From assembly GCA_003354135.1 (NCBI GenBank), contig PIVK01000004.1:31187-95186 (forward strand): 64,000 nt of DNA. The letters are read 5' to 3'. Under the pieces are notes generated by a model. That model saw only the letters and a list, made by a program, of their open reading frames with translations. It did no database searches and had not been told where the DNA came from. The DNA is from Rhodospirillales bacterium (GTDB lineage: Bacteria > Pseudomonadota > Alphaproteobacteria > Rhodospirillales > GLO-3). The position numbers were made by a program, and so were the translations under genes. This document shows, piece after piece, positions 9,080 to 19,473 of this stretch (positions within the stretch are counted from its first letter, which is position 1; each line of letters starts with the position of its first letter).

Positions 9080-10149
9080 GCGGTCCCGCCGCTGTCGAGA
9101 AAGAACCGACTTTCCTTGTAGCGTTCGAGGCCGAACCGGATCAACACCCCGATGACCGCCGCGACCGGCACTGCCAAAAGGACGCCGGTGAAGCCGAACA
9201 GCGCACCGCCCGCCAACAGGGCGAAAATCAGCCAGACCGGATGCAGGCCGACGCTCTCGCCTACCAGCTTCGGCGTCAGAATATAGCTCTCCGCCGTCTG
9301 GCCGATGATGAAGACCGCCGCCACCAGAAGAACCGGTTGCCACTCGGCGAACTGGAAGATGGCGATGGAAACGCCGGTCACCAGACCGATACCCGCCCCC
9401 ACATAAGGGATGAACGAAATCAACCCCGCGCCCAGTCCCACCAGCAGGGAGAAATCGAGCCCAACGACCGTGAGCCCCACCACATAATAGGCGGCCAGAA
9501 CCAGAACCACCGTGGCTTGGCCACGCAGAAAGCAGCTCAGCGTGCGGTCGATCTCGCACACTTGCCGGCGGATGACCGGCCCCGAATCCTGCGGCAGATA
9601 ACTATCCACCCAGGCCACGATGCGGTCCCAGTCCCTAAGCAGGTAGAACGCCACGATGGGCGAGATGACCACCAGGGAAAGAGTGTTGAGGATGGCGACC
9701 CCGCCACTGAGCAGCCCTTTGAGGGCCTGGCCGATCCAGGCCACCGCATCGCCGGCATATCCGCCCGCCGCGCCTTTAAGCTTCTCCGCCTGCTCCGGCG
9801 TGAGGCCTGCCTGCAGGCGCTCCATCAGAAGCTGCACCTGCTCGCGCAACGTCTCGATCATCTCCGGCACGCGGGCCGCCAGTTCCAACACTTGGGACTG
9901 GAGCGGCGGCACCAGCAGCAACAGGATCAAGATCAGCATCCCGAAGAAAAACAGCGTGATCCCGATCACCGCGAGCGTGCGCGACGTGCCGGCCCGTTCC
10001 ATCCGGTCGGCGACGGGATCAAGAAAATAGGCCACCAGCATGCCGACAACGAAAGGCATCAGGATCTGGCGCAGCAGGTAGACGGCAACCAGCGCCCCCC
10101 CCAGGCCGGCAAGCCAAAACCAGGCCCGTTCCTTCGCTGCCTCGTTCAT
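9076..10149 (-). CDS. AI-2E family transporter (PerM/UPF0118 permease)
   Basis: A multi-pass membrane protein with family-like segments (YFLDPVADRMER, ISFIPYVGAGIG). ATG 10149 forms an ATGA overlap with the upstream stop. Confidence 0.8.
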   Translation of the reverse strand: MNEAAKERAWFWLAGLGGALVAVYLLRQILMPFVVGMLVAYFLDPVADRMERAGTSRTLAVIGITLFFFGMLILILLLLVPPLQSQVLELAARVPEMIETLREQVQLLMERLQAGLTPEQAEKLKGAAGGYAGDAVAWIGQALKGLLSGGVAILNTLSLVVISPIVAFYLLRDWDRIVAWVDSYLPQDSGPVIRRQVCEIDRTLSCFLRGQATVVLVLAAYYVVGLTVVGLDFSLLVGLGAGLISFIPYVGAGIGLVTGVSIAIFQFAEWQPVLLVAAVFIIGQTAESYILTPKLVGESVGLHPVWLIFALLAGGALFGFTGVLLAVPVAAVIGVLIRFGLERYKESRFFLDSGGTA

Positions 10150-10703
10150 TCCGTGCCCTCCTCCATCATGGCCATACGGCCCCATGTCCAGACGTAGACC
10201 GCCCCGGACGCCACCGTGGTCACAGCAACCACGTAGACAAGAATTCCGATCAACTGTCCCAACTCATAGCCCATCCCCAGGCCGCCCAGAGCCAGGGCCA
10301 CGAGTATGATCTGGGCCACCGTATTGACCTTGCTGATCATCATCGGATGCATGGAAAGCCGGTTGGTCAGCACTTGGTAGAGCAGCGCCCCGCCGATGAT
10401 CAGCACGTCCCGGAACACCACCAAAATGACCAGCCACACAGGCAGGTACCCCTGGTATCCAAGCATGATGTACGCGCAGATCAGAAGCGCCTTGTCCGCC
10501 AGCGGGTCGAGAAACGCTCCCAGTTCGCTTTCGGCATGAAACTTCTTGGCGATCAAACCGTCGACGGCGTCCGACACGCCGGCGGCAACGAAGACCCAGA
10601 AGGCACCGACCATGTGATTCTCGACGATCAGCCACACCATAATCGGCACCATGATCAAGCGTGCGAGGGAAATCAGGTTCGGGACGTGCTTGATCACGGC
10701 CAC
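10146..10703 (-). CDS. CDP-alcohol phosphatidyltransferase family protein
   Basis: Motif DAVDGLIAKK-x8-G-x3-DPLAD matches DxxDGxxAR...GxxxDxxxD. The only plausible start is GTG 10703, which overlaps the upstream gene by 10 nt. Confidence 0.7.
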   Translation of the reverse strand: MAVIKHVPNLISLARLIMVPIMVWLIVENHMVGAFWVFVAAGVSDAVDGLIAKKFHAESELGAFLDPLADKALLICAYIMLGYQGYLPVWLVILVVFRDVLIIGGALLYQVLTNRLSMHPMMISKVNTVAQIILVALALGGLGMGYELGQLIGILVYVVAVTTVASGAVYVWTWGRMAMMEEGTE

Positions 10704-11851
10704 GGTTTCTCCGGAACGGTCGTCGTTGGAAACGGTTCCGGCTCGAAAACCATCTCCGGTTCGGACTGAACCATGGGCGGAGCCGAGCTCAACACCCAGA
10801 CATCGGCGTCGGGCCAGAGATAGAGGTCGGCTTGGCGCAAGGCCACGGCCAACTGATCGACATCGCCGACATGGTGCAGGTCGACCTCGACCTGATGGCG
10901 CGACAGCATTACCACCTCGGTCTTCTCGACGACAGCGACTTCCGCCAGCGTTCGCTTGATGCCGATCCAGTCGCCGAGGCCCGATATGGAAACCCGGACC
11001 CGCGTTACACCGCTGCTTCCAAAGGATATCAGGTTGTCGCGTTTCCAAGCGCCCTCGATAGAGCGTGTCAATTCCATCGCCGCCCGGCGCATCAGGGAAT
11101 CCGCGTCTTCGCCCTTCAAGGGCTTGAAGCTGCGGGCGTAGCCCATCTCCTGACCAGCGGCCCCATAGCGGGAGACCTGGACTTCGAGCAGCGGCTGCAC
11201 CTGCCAGGGGTCGACCCGCATAACCGCAGAAGGCACCAGGATCTCCGCTGCCTCATAGCGTCCGGCCAATTCCAGCAGCACTCCGATGTCACCCGCCGCC
11301 GCCTGTTCGGCGGTGATGGCCGAGATATCTCCGAGGTCGCCCAACGCCATCACCGTCGGAACCAGAGAATCCACCGGAGGGCGGGCATTCCAGGCATCAC
11401 GCCACGGATTGATTTCGTCCCATAGCACCAGGGGCCCCAGGCCCTGGTAGACCGGCAACACCAGGACCGGCTTGCTCATGGTTTCGGCGAAAGGCAGCCC
11501 GTAATCCCTGAGCAGTCTCCGCACCGCCTTGCTCTTGAAGGTGAAGTCCATCCAGCCGATGTAGCGCACCGAAGACGTCTTCTCGTTGACGACTCCGAAA
11601 TGTTGCACCAGGGCCGCGACCTCGTTGTCGGACAATAATGGAAGATTCTCGCGGTCCTCGAAGAGCGCAATGCGCTCCAGCAGCCGTGCGAAGGCAATCC
11701 GTTGCGCCTGGAGCAAAGCCTTGTCGCGCGCCTGGTTCACCGTTCCCGCGGTCACGTCGACCTTGACGTCGGTGATCTCGTAGGTTCCGGCCAGCGCCGA
11801 CCCTGTCCCCACCAGAACCCCCAAAAGGAACAGGAGCACGGAGAGCCACAT
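10694..11851 (-). CDS. Secreted/periplasmic protein of unknown function (resembles what I recall as DUF2066)
   Basis: A signal peptide (MWLSVLLFLLGVLVGTGSALA) begins at ATG 11851. The family assignment is from memory only. Confidence 0.55.
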   Translation of the reverse strand: MWLSVLLFLLGVLVGTGSALAGTYEITDVKVDVTAGTVNQARDKALLQAQRIAFARLLERIALFEDRENLPLLSDNEVAALVQHFGVVNEKTSSVRYIGWMDFTFKSKAVRRLLRDYGLPFAETMSKPVLVLPVYQGLGPLVLWDEINPWRDAWNARPPVDSLVPTVMALGDLGDISAITAEQAAAGDIGVLLELAGRYEAAEILVPSAVMRVDPWQVQPLLEVQVSRYGAAGQEMGYARSFKPLKGEDADSLMRRAAMELTRSIEGAWKRDNLISFGSSGVTRVRVSISGLGDWIGIKRTLAEVAVVEKTEVVMLSRHQVEVDLHHVGDVDQLAVALRQADLYLWPDADVWVLSSAPPMVQSEPEMVFEPEPFPTTTVPEKPWP

Positions 11852-11987
11852 CGGGTGGCCCGGATTGCAGCGATAAGGCATTGCTTTGCACATCGGATAA
11901 AGTATCTTCAGCCCTCTTGGATGACGCTGCCCCAAACCATTACACGGGTGGCGTAATCTATCACCCGTTCGGCGGGAGGGAAAAGAG

Positions 11988-13052
11988 ATTAGCAAGCTCA
12001 GCTACAAGGATGCCGGTGTCGACATCGACGCGGGCAACGCGCTGGTCGAAGCCATCAAGCCCCTGGCCGGCAGTACGGACCGTCCCGGCGTCTCTTCCGG
12101 CCTCGGCGGGTTCGGGGCCATGTTCGACCTCAAAGCCGCAGGATACAAGGACCCGATCCTGGTCTCCGGAACCGACGGCGTGGGCACCAAGCTCAAGATC
12201 GCCATCGCCGCCGGCAAACACGACACGGTGGGAATCGACCTGGTGGCCATGTGTGCCAACGACCTGGTGGTACAGGGCGCGGAACCGCTGTTTTTCCTCG
12301 ACTACATCGCCACCGGAGCGCTTAACGTCGACGACGGCAAGGCCATTGTCAAGGGCATCGCCGAGGGCTGCACCCAGGCGGGCTGTGCGTTGATCGGCGG
12401 GGAAACCGCCGAGATGCCCGGGATGTACGCGGACGGCGATTATGATCTGGCCGGTTTTTGTGTCGGCGCGGTGGAACGGGAAGAAATCCTCACCGGACAA
12501 GACGTCGCCGAAGGCGACGTTCTGCTGGGGCTGGCGTCCAGCGGCCTCCATTCCAATGGGTTCTCCCTGGTCCGCAAGGTGCTGGAACTTCTCAATCTGG
12601 ATTACGATCACGATACCCCCTACGCCCCCGGCCACCCCCTGGGCGAGGCCCTGTTGGAACCGACCCGAATCTATGTCAAAGCCTGTTTGACTGCCATCCG
12701 CATGGGCGGGGTGCGCACACTGGCCCACATCACTGGCGGCGGACTGCTCGAAAACATTCCCCGCGTTCTCCCCGACACCATGTCAGTCGACATCGATGCG
12801 GGCAGCTGGCAGGTGCCGGAAGTCTTCCGCTGGCTGGCCCGGGCCGGCGGCATCGGACCTCGGGAGATGGAGCGGACTTTCAACTGCGGCATCGGCATGG
12901 TGGCGGTTGTGGCCCCCGACCGGGCGGACGCCTTGAAAAAAGCCATGACGGAGCATGGCGAAAGCGTATCCGTAATCGGTCGCGTCGTCCCCCACCAGGA
13001 GCGCGATCCCCGTGTTCGGCTCTGGGGCCTAGAGGAACAATGGCGCCTGTGA
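11988..13052 (+). CDS. purM: Phosphoribosylformylglycinamidine cyclo-ligase (AIR synthetase), probable non-canonical ATT start
   Basis: The conserved PurM N-terminus ([23 protein letters not shown]) is encoded in frame upstream of the first ATG (12120). There is no ATG, GTG or TTG between the stop at 11922 and 12120. ATT 11988 lies 7 nt after GGGAGGG. Confidence 0.85.
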   Translation: MSKLSYKDAGVDIDAGNALVEAIKPLAGSTDRPGVSSGLGGFGAMFDLKAAGYKDPILVSGTDGVGTKLKIAIAAGKHDTVGIDLVAMCANDLVVQGAEPLFFLDYIATGALNVDDGKAIVKGIAEGCTQAGCALIGGETAEMPGMYADGDYDLAGFCVGAVEREEILTGQDVAEGDVLLGLASSGLHSNGFSLVRKVLELLNLDYDHDTPYAPGHPLGEALLEPTRIYVKACLTAIRMGGVRTLAHITGGGLLENIPRVLPDTMSVDIDAGSWQVPEVFRWLARAGGIGPREMERTFNCGIGMVAVVAPDRADALKKAMTEHGESVSVIGRVVPHQERDPRVRLWGLEEQWRL

Positions 13053-13702
13053 GCAAACTCAAGATCGCCGTCCTGGTTTCGGGCGGCGGCACCAACCTGC
13101 AATCCCTGATCGACCACTGCCGGGACCCGAATTCCCCGGTCGAGATCACGCTGGTTCTCTGCAACGTGCCTGGTGCGTTCGCCCTAGAACGGGCGAAAAA
13201 GGCCGACATCCCCACCGTGGTGGTGAACCACAAGGACTTCGATGGCCGCGAGCCTTTCGAGAGCGCCATGCACGCGGAACTGGAACGGTCGGGCGCAGAA
13301 CTGGTCTGCCTGGCTGGTTTCATGCGCCTGCTCACCGACGGGTTCGTCGACAAGTGGCACGACAGGCTCATCAATATCCATCCGTCCCTGCTGCCCGCCT
13401 TTCGTGGCCTGCATGTTCAACAGAAAGCCATCAACTACGGAGCGCGGTTCTCGGGCTGCACGGTCCATTTCGTTCGTCCGGCCATGGACGACGGGCCGAT
13501 CATCGTTCAGGCGGTGGTTCCCATTTACGGAAATGACGACGAGGGCAGCCTGGCGGCACGCATCCTGGCCGAGGAACACAAGATCTACCCCCTGGCGGTA
13601 CGCCTCATCGCCGAAGGCCGGTGCCGTGTGGTTGGCGAGCGGGTGGTGGTGGAAAACGCGAGGGCGCCCGAAGGCGCCCTCATCAATCCCTCGCCGGAAT
13701 GA
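13040..13702 (+). CDS. purN: Phosphoribosylglycinamide formyltransferase
   Basis: Contains [18 protein letters not shown] and [15 protein letters not shown] 13040 overlaps the purM 3' end by 13 nt. Confidence 0.9.
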   Translation: MAPVSKLKIAVLVSGGGTNLQSLIDHCRDPNSPVEITLVLCNVPGAFALERAKKADIPTVVVNHKDFDGREPFESAMHAELERSGAELVCLAGFMRLLTDGFVDKWHDRLINIHPSLLPAFRGLHVQQKAINYGARFSGCTVHFVRPAMDDGPIIVQAVVPIYGNDDEGSLAARILAEEHKIYPLAVRLIAEGRCRVVGERVVVENARAPEGALINPSPE

Positions 13703-13712
13703 GTTCTCGGCG

Positions 13713-14135
<423 letters not shown>

Positions 14136-14355
14136 GCTGAAAACCTCTCGGAATGTCTTTCCCTGTGATCCAGAGCACCCGGAAAACCGCCGCCCCAGCC
14201 TTAAAGTGGCGCCTTCATAGACCCATCGCTTGGAGATGGCAACCCGCTCTCTCTTCTCCTCGGGTCCTCAGTTAGTCGGGGTCGGTGCCATAAAAAAACC
14301 CGGCTGGCGACAGAGACGTTTTCCCATCGCCCCGTCCCATGCTATCACCCGTCCC

Positions 14356-16245
14356 ATGCTGCACGTAAACGACCTCACATACCGGATCGGCGGGCGCACG
14401 CTCTTTGATCAGGCGACTGTCCATATCCCGGTTGGACACACGACCGGTCTGGTGGGCCGCAACGGGTCCGGCAAGACAACGCTGTTCCGCCTGGTCTTCG
14501 GAGACCTGCATGCCGACGGCGGCACGCTCAGACTCCGCCCCCGAGCCAGCGTCGGCGGGGTGGCACAGGAGGCTCCCGACGGCGACTCCACCCTCATCGA
14601 TTGGGTCTTGGCGGCGGACACCGAACGCGCCGCCCTATCCGCGGAGGCCGAAACCGCCAGCGATCCCTACCGCATCGCCGAAATCCACACCCGCCTCGCC
14701 GACATCGAAGCCCATGCGGCCCCGGCCCGCGCGGCAACCATCCTTTCGGGCCTCGGGTTCGACGAGGCGGCACGACAACGCCCGCTCAGCGACTTCTCCG
14801 GCGGTTGGCGTATGCGGGTGGCACTCGCCGCGACGCTGTTCGTACGGCCCGACCTTCTGCTGCTTGACGAGCCAACCAATCATCTCGATCTGGAGGCCTC
14901 CCTCTGGCTGGAGAGCCACCTAGCGCGCTGGCCGGGAACCCTGATCATTATCAGCCATGACCGCAATCTGCTCAACCGCGTGGTGGACGAGATCGTCCAC
15001 CTGGATGGGGCCAAGCTCACCCGCTATTCCGGCGACTACGACCGCTTCGAACGGACCCGGCGCGAAAAGCTGGCGCTGGCCGCCAAACAGCGCCACAAGC
15101 AACTGGCGCAGCGGCGCCACATCCAGGACTTCATCGACCGCTTTCGTGCCAAGGCAACCAAGGCCCGCCAAGCCCAGAGCCGCATCAAGATGCTGGAGCG
15201 CATGGAACCCATCGCCGCCGCCATCGGAGAGACGGTTACCACCTTCGATTTCCCCAAGCCCAAACCCCTGTCACCACCTCTTGTCGCCCTGGAGGATGCG
15301 GAGGTAGGCTACGGGGCGGGCCCGCCGGTGCTGCGCGGTTTGGACCTCCGCATCGATATGGACGATCGCATCGGGCTTCTGGGTGCCAACGGCAACGGCA
15401 AATCGACTCTGATCAAGCTACTGGCCGGGAAACTCAAGCCCCAGAACGGAAAGCTCGGAAAATCGAAGAAGCTGGAGATCGGCTATTTCGCCCAGCACCA
15501 GACCGACGAACTCAACCCCGCCACCAGCGCTTTCGAGCACATGCAGCATGTTGCCCCCATGATGACCGCGGTTAAGGCGCGCGGACATCTCGGCGCTTTC
15601 GGCTTTTCCCAAGCCAAAGCGGATACCCGGGTGGCCGACCTTTCGGGCGGCGAGAAAGCGCGGCTTCTGTTCGCCCTGATGAGCCTGGGCGCACCGCAAT
15701 TGATGCTGCTCGACGAGCCCACCAACCATCTCGACATCGATACCCGCGAGGCCTTGGTGCAGGCGCTCAACACATATGACGGCGCCGTGATCCTGGTCAG
15801 CCACGACCCCCATCTTCTGGAACTGGTCTGCGACCGCCTGTGGCTGGTGGCGGATGGCACCTGCACCCCCTTCGACGGCGACATGGCCGACTACCGCCGT
15901 CTGCTTTTGGAACAACGGCGGGGAGAGAAACGGGACGCAAGAGGGCCTGCCAACGGCAATACCCCCAAGATGGCACGCCGTAACCGTGCCGCCAAGCGGG
16001 CGGAAACGGCTTCCCTCCGCGCGACGGTCAAGGCGAAGGAAAAGCGCGTGGAAGCTCTGGGCAAGGAAAAAGAGACCCAGGAACACCGGCTCGCCGATCC
16101 CACCCTCTATGATGGACCGGCCGACGCCATCACGGCCCTGCAGACCGAGTTGACCCGCGTGACCGCCGACCTGGAGAAGGCGGAACACGAATGGCTGGAG
16201 GCGCATGATGCGCTGGAAGCGGCGGGATCCCCGCCCAAGCTTTAA
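14356..16245 (+). CDS. ABC-F family ATPase (two ABC domains, no transmembrane domain)
   Basis: Two Walker A motifs (GRNGSGKTT, GANGNGKST), two LSGG signatures and a C-terminal coiled-coil tail. I placed the start at ATG 14356. Confidence 0.85.
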   Translation: MLHVNDLTYRIGGRTLFDQATVHIPVGHTTGLVGRNGSGKTTLFRLVFGDLHADGGTLRLRPRASVGGVAQEAPDGDSTLIDWVLAADTERAALSAEAETASDPYRIAEIHTRLADIEAHAAPARAATILSGLGFDEAARQRPLSDFSGGWRMRVALAATLFVRPDLLLLDEPTNHLDLEASLWLESHLARWPGTLIIISHDRNLLNRVVDEIVHLDGAKLTRYSGDYDRFERTRREKLALAAKQRHKQLAQRRHIQDFIDRFRAKATKARQAQSRIKMLERMEPIAAAIGETVTTFDFPKPKPLSPPLVALEDAEVGYGAGPPVLRGLDLRIDMDDRIGLLGANGNGKSTLIKLLAGKLKPQNGKLGKSKKLEIGYFAQHQTDELNPATSAFEHMQHVAPMMTAVKARGHLGAFGFSQAKADTRVADLSGGEKARLLFALMSLGAPQLMLLDEPTNHLDIDTREALVQALNTYDGAVILVSHDPHLLELVCDRLWLVADGTCTPFDGDMADYRRLLLEQRRGEKRDARGPANGNTPKMARRNRAAKRAETASLRATVKAKEKRVEALGKEKETQEHRLADPTLYDGPADAITALQTELTRVTADLEKAEHEWLEAHDALEAAGSPPKL

Positions 16246-17090
16246 CCCACCAGCCCGGCCACGGCTTCAGCCGGCAGGGCGGATGCCTCCCAGCGCACAG
16301 CTTCCGCCCCCCAGGCGCAGGCGACGGTAAGGGCGTCCGCCATCGCCGCCCCCGACACCAGGGCGTGTATTAAACCGGCTGCAAAAGCGTCGCCCGCACC
16401 CGTCGTATCCACCACCTCGACTGCGGGTGCCGCGATTTCGATGACGGTTCCGTCCCGGCCGAAGGCCGTCGCCCCCTGAGCACCGCGGGTAATCACCACC
16501 CACTCCAGCAGATCGCCGGCCACCAGCCGCCCCGTCTCAAAGGGCTGAACCAGGGCCTTGGCCTCCAGGTCGGACTCGGAGGCCACGAGGATATGGGCCG
16601 GGCGCGATCCCGGCTCCAAGGGAGGCATGTGGGCGATGATACGGCAGTCACGCGCCTTTTCGGCCAGGACCTGGGCCAGATCGAGGGATCGGCTGCGAAC
16701 ATAGAGGCAGTCGGTCGAAACATTGAGAAGACGCTGCGGCAGTTTCGCTTCATAAGCGCGCGTGAGGTTGACGATGGTCCGCTCGCCGTCGGCGTCAATC
16801 ATGATCAGAGACCGGGTGCTGCTTCCCGAAACCTGCACCACCTGGGAGATGTCCATCCCAGCTGAGGCCAAGCCCCGCAACAGCTTGACGCCCAAGGGGT
16901 CTGATCCCACCGCCGTGAGAAGCCGCACCTGATGCGGAACGGTCACCAACGCTACTCCGATGTTGGCGCCCCCGCCCCCAAAGCGGGCTCCATGGGACTT
17001 GCCCTCCATGTGGGTCCCGGGGGTCAGCGGCCGGTTCAAAAACACCACTTCATCCAGTGCCACGGATCCGACGATCAGGATACCAGCCAT
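16242..17090 (-). CDS. PfkB-family carbohydrate/ribokinase-like kinase
   Basis: Contains the N-terminal GGGGANIGVA-type motif and the C-terminal DTTGAGDAFAAG motif. Its stop overlaps the convergent ABC-F stop by 4 nt. Confidence 0.8.
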   Translation of the reverse strand: MAGILIVGSVALDEVVFLNRPLTPGTHMEGKSHGARFGGGGANIGVALVTVPHQVRLLTAVGSDPLGVKLLRGLASAGMDISQVVQVSGSSTRSLIMIDADGERTIVNLTRAYEAKLPQRLLNVSTDCLYVRSRSLDLAQVLAEKARDCRIIAHMPPLEPGSRPAHILVASESDLEAKALVQPFETGRLVAGDLLEWVVITRGAQGATAFGRDGTVIEIAAPAVEVVDTTGAGDAFAAGLIHALVSGAAMADALTVACAWGAEAVRWEASALPAEAVAGLVG

Positions 17091-17170
17091 GTCCTATTCC
17101 TTTCTCGGTACAGGTCAAGTTTACACCAAACTCCCTTGTGTGAAAACGTTACCGGGAGTAGGCAAGCGTC

Positions 17171-18325
17171 ATGCCGTCCGTCCACCGTCAGGCGGTCCGT
17201 CTGGGCCTCTACTATACCGCCGTGTTCGCGGTCATCGGCATCCATATGCCGTTTTGGCCCATCTGGCTGCAAGCGCAGGGCCTGAGACCGAGCGAGATCG
17301 GCATCATTCTCGGGGCTGCCATCACCGCCAAAATCGTCGGCAATCCACTCGCCGCCCACCTGGCCGACCGGTCCGGCGAGCGTAAGCGGGTGATGATAAT
17401 CCTTGGAATAACGGCCACGGCAGCGTTCTCATTGTTCACATACGCCCAGGGATTCTGGCCACTGTTCACCCTGACGGTTGTATTCCTGCTGCTGTGGGGT
17501 CCCATCATTCCGTTGGGCGAAAGCATCGCCATGCTGAGCGTCGAACGGAACGGCATCGACTATGGGCGGGTTCGGCTCTGGGGATCAGCGAGTTTTATCG
17601 CGGCGGCCGTTCTCACGGGTTGGGGCCTGGTCGGACGTTCCGAGGACCTGCTCTATTTCCTGATCCTGGGAATGCTCGCGATCACGACACTAACCTTGTT
17701 CATGATTCCGGACGAACGAACCCCGAAGGCCACCGGAAGAGCCCCGCTGCTCGGGGTCCTGGGCCAAGGTCGATTCGTCCTATTCCTCGCCGCGACGGCA
17801 CTAATTCAGTCCAGCCACGCCGTTTACTACGGATTTGCCACTATCCACTGGCGGAGCGCAGGTTACCGCGAAGACATCATCGGCTGGCTGTGGGCTGAAG
17901 GGGTGATCGCCGAGATTCTGCTGTTCATGGCGGGCACATGGCTGCTCGCGCGAATCGGCCCCGTCCGCCTGATCCTGCTGGGCGGGCTGGCCGGCATGCT
18001 GCGTTGGGGGATTGCCGGTGCAACGGATACGCTTTCCGCCCTGCTGTTCGTGCAGATCCTGCATGCCTTCACCTTCGGCGCAGCCCATTTAGGCGCCATT
18101 CACTTCATTTCGCGCGCGGTGCCCCCCGCCCTCTCAGCCACGGCCCAGAGCATCTATTCAGCCGTCGTTATGGGCCTCGCCTTGGGCTTCATGACCTTCG
18201 TCTCGGGTGAACTCTATGCCGTGCTGGCCGGACAGGCCTTCCTCGCCATGGCCGGGTTGTCGCTTGCCGGTACAGTTCTGGCGCTGTTTCTCGAGCGGAT
18301 TGATGACCAAGGTTCTGAAAAGTAA
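17171..18325 (+). CDS. MFS transporter
   Basis: 384 aa with about 12 hydrophobic segments and an MFS-like loop motif (DRSGERKRVM). Confidence 0.7.
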   Translation: MPSVHRQAVRLGLYYTAVFAVIGIHMPFWPIWLQAQGLRPSEIGIILGAAITAKIVGNPLAAHLADRSGERKRVMIILGITATAAFSLFTYAQGFWPLFTLTVVFLLLWGPIIPLGESIAMLSVERNGIDYGRVRLWGSASFIAAAVLTGWGLVGRSEDLLYFLILGMLAITTLTLFMIPDERTPKATGRAPLLGVLGQGRFVLFLAATALIQSSHAVYYGFATIHWRSAGYREDIIGWLWAEGVIAEILLFMAGTWLLARIGPVRLILLGGLAGMLRWGIAGATDTLSALLFVQILHAFTFGAAHLGAIHFISRAVPPALSATAQSIYSAVVMGLALGFMTFVSGELYAVLAGQAFLAMAGLSLAGTVLALFLERIDDQGSEK

Positions 18326-18507
18326 CGCCCCTCCCAGGCATCCGGAATCGTGTAAAGTGTTTGTTAATCCTCGACCGTATATGGTTTTATTAGGATGATT
18401 CGGACTTGCCTGCGCAAACCTGCGCGGCACCACGGGGAAAAGGGATAGCCCCCCATCTCCATCTAGGCATTCTACCGGGGAATAGGTTGGCAGGACATCA
18501 CTTAACT

Positions 18508-19017
18508 ATGTTTGTCGTTGCAAAACAGATCCTGATTCTGTTCGGGTTCACCAAGCACCAGATGTTCATCGCCACGGTGTGCATCCTGGTCTTGTTGGGC
18601 AACTTTGCCGGCGGCTTGATGCGGAGCATCTTCGTCGCCTACGCCGGCCCCCGACCGACACGCAAGCTGACCGAAAGCATTGCCTTCCGCCTGGCTCTGG
18701 TCTCCGAGCTCGCGTTGATTGTCTTTGCGCTCTATTACCACGGCGTGCTCATCAGCTTCGTCGAGGCGTCGCACATCATCTATTGGATCTTTACCCTTTT
18801 GTCCGGCCCCATCCTCGCCTTCATGGGATCTCAGATCACATACATGGTCCTTCAAAAGCGAATCGAGTCCAACAAAAGGGCCTACAGAAAGTGGGAAAAA
18901 AAGATGCGTGCCAAGCGCCTCGCCGCACGGGAATCAAGAATTGAATCCGAACGCGAAGCCAAACAGGCCGATACGCGCCGCACCGGCGGCACCCAACGTT
19001 TTAAACCCCACAGCTGA
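18508..19017 (+). CDS. Hypothetical membrane protein with a basic coiled C-terminal tail
   Basis: Four hydrophobic segments are followed by a KR/E-rich tail. I placed the start at ATG 18508. Confidence 0.45.
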   Translation: MFVVAKQILILFGFTKHQMFIATVCILVLLGNFAGGLMRSIFVAYAGPRPTRKLTESIAFRLALVSELALIVFALYYHGVLISFVEASHIIYWIFTLLSGPILAFMGSQITYMVLQKRIESNKRAYRKWEKKMRAKRLAARESRIESEREAKQADTRRTGGTQRFKPHS

Positions 19018-19467
19018 TCAGCCCTTCTGCTCCCAACCTCCCCGTTCCGTCTGCTGCCAATAGGCGAGGTCGAACCCGGATTCCTTGTAGGCTTTCCAGC
19101 GATCCCGCGCCGCCGCCACGGCCGCCTGGTCGTTGCCGTCGAATAGTTCGAAGCACCGCTCGTAGTCCCCCACCCGTTCCGATGCAACGCCATCCGTGAG
19201 GAACAGGAATGTCGCCCCGTTCGGGTTTTCGTCCTCCGTCGCAAGCCACACCGGTTGATCCTCGGCACGACCGTCGCGGGCCGTGCCGTGGGGCAGCCAG
19301 GAAGCGGGGTCATAGGTCCAGAGCAGATTGGTCAGCGACTCGACCCTCTCGGTCGATCCCCCCAGCACCACCGCCCGCTTTCCTGCGGCCATGGTTTTCT
19401 CCAGGAGCTTGGGCAATGCCCGCTCCAAGGGCCAGCGCTGCAAATGGTAGAAGGCGATGGCGGTCAT
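19018..19467 (-). CDS. holC: DNA polymerase III subunit chi
   Basis: The N-terminus FYHLQRWPLERALPKLLEK matches chi. It has the classic position downstream of pepA. Confidence 0.85.
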   Translation of the reverse strand: MTAIAFYHLQRWPLERALPKLLEKTMAAGKRAVVLGGSTERVESLTNLLWTYDPASWLPHGTARDGRAEDQPVWLATEDENPNGATFLFLTDGVASERVGDYERCFELFDGNDQAAVAAARDRWKAYKESGFDLAYWQQTERGGWEQKG

Positions 19468-19473
19468 GAGGCC

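Noticed and set aside
12458-13039. N-terminal ~190-aa extension of the purN ORF (ORF 12458-13702), and similar extensions of the hda (to 9559), CDP-alcohol transferase (to 11048), hdrB-like (to 49787) and hdrC-like (to 50912) ORFs.
   Set aside because: The extensions run through the upstream genes in another frame and are Arg/Pro-rich. Internal starts with Shine-Dalgarno sequences or start/stop overlaps give proteins of normal family length.
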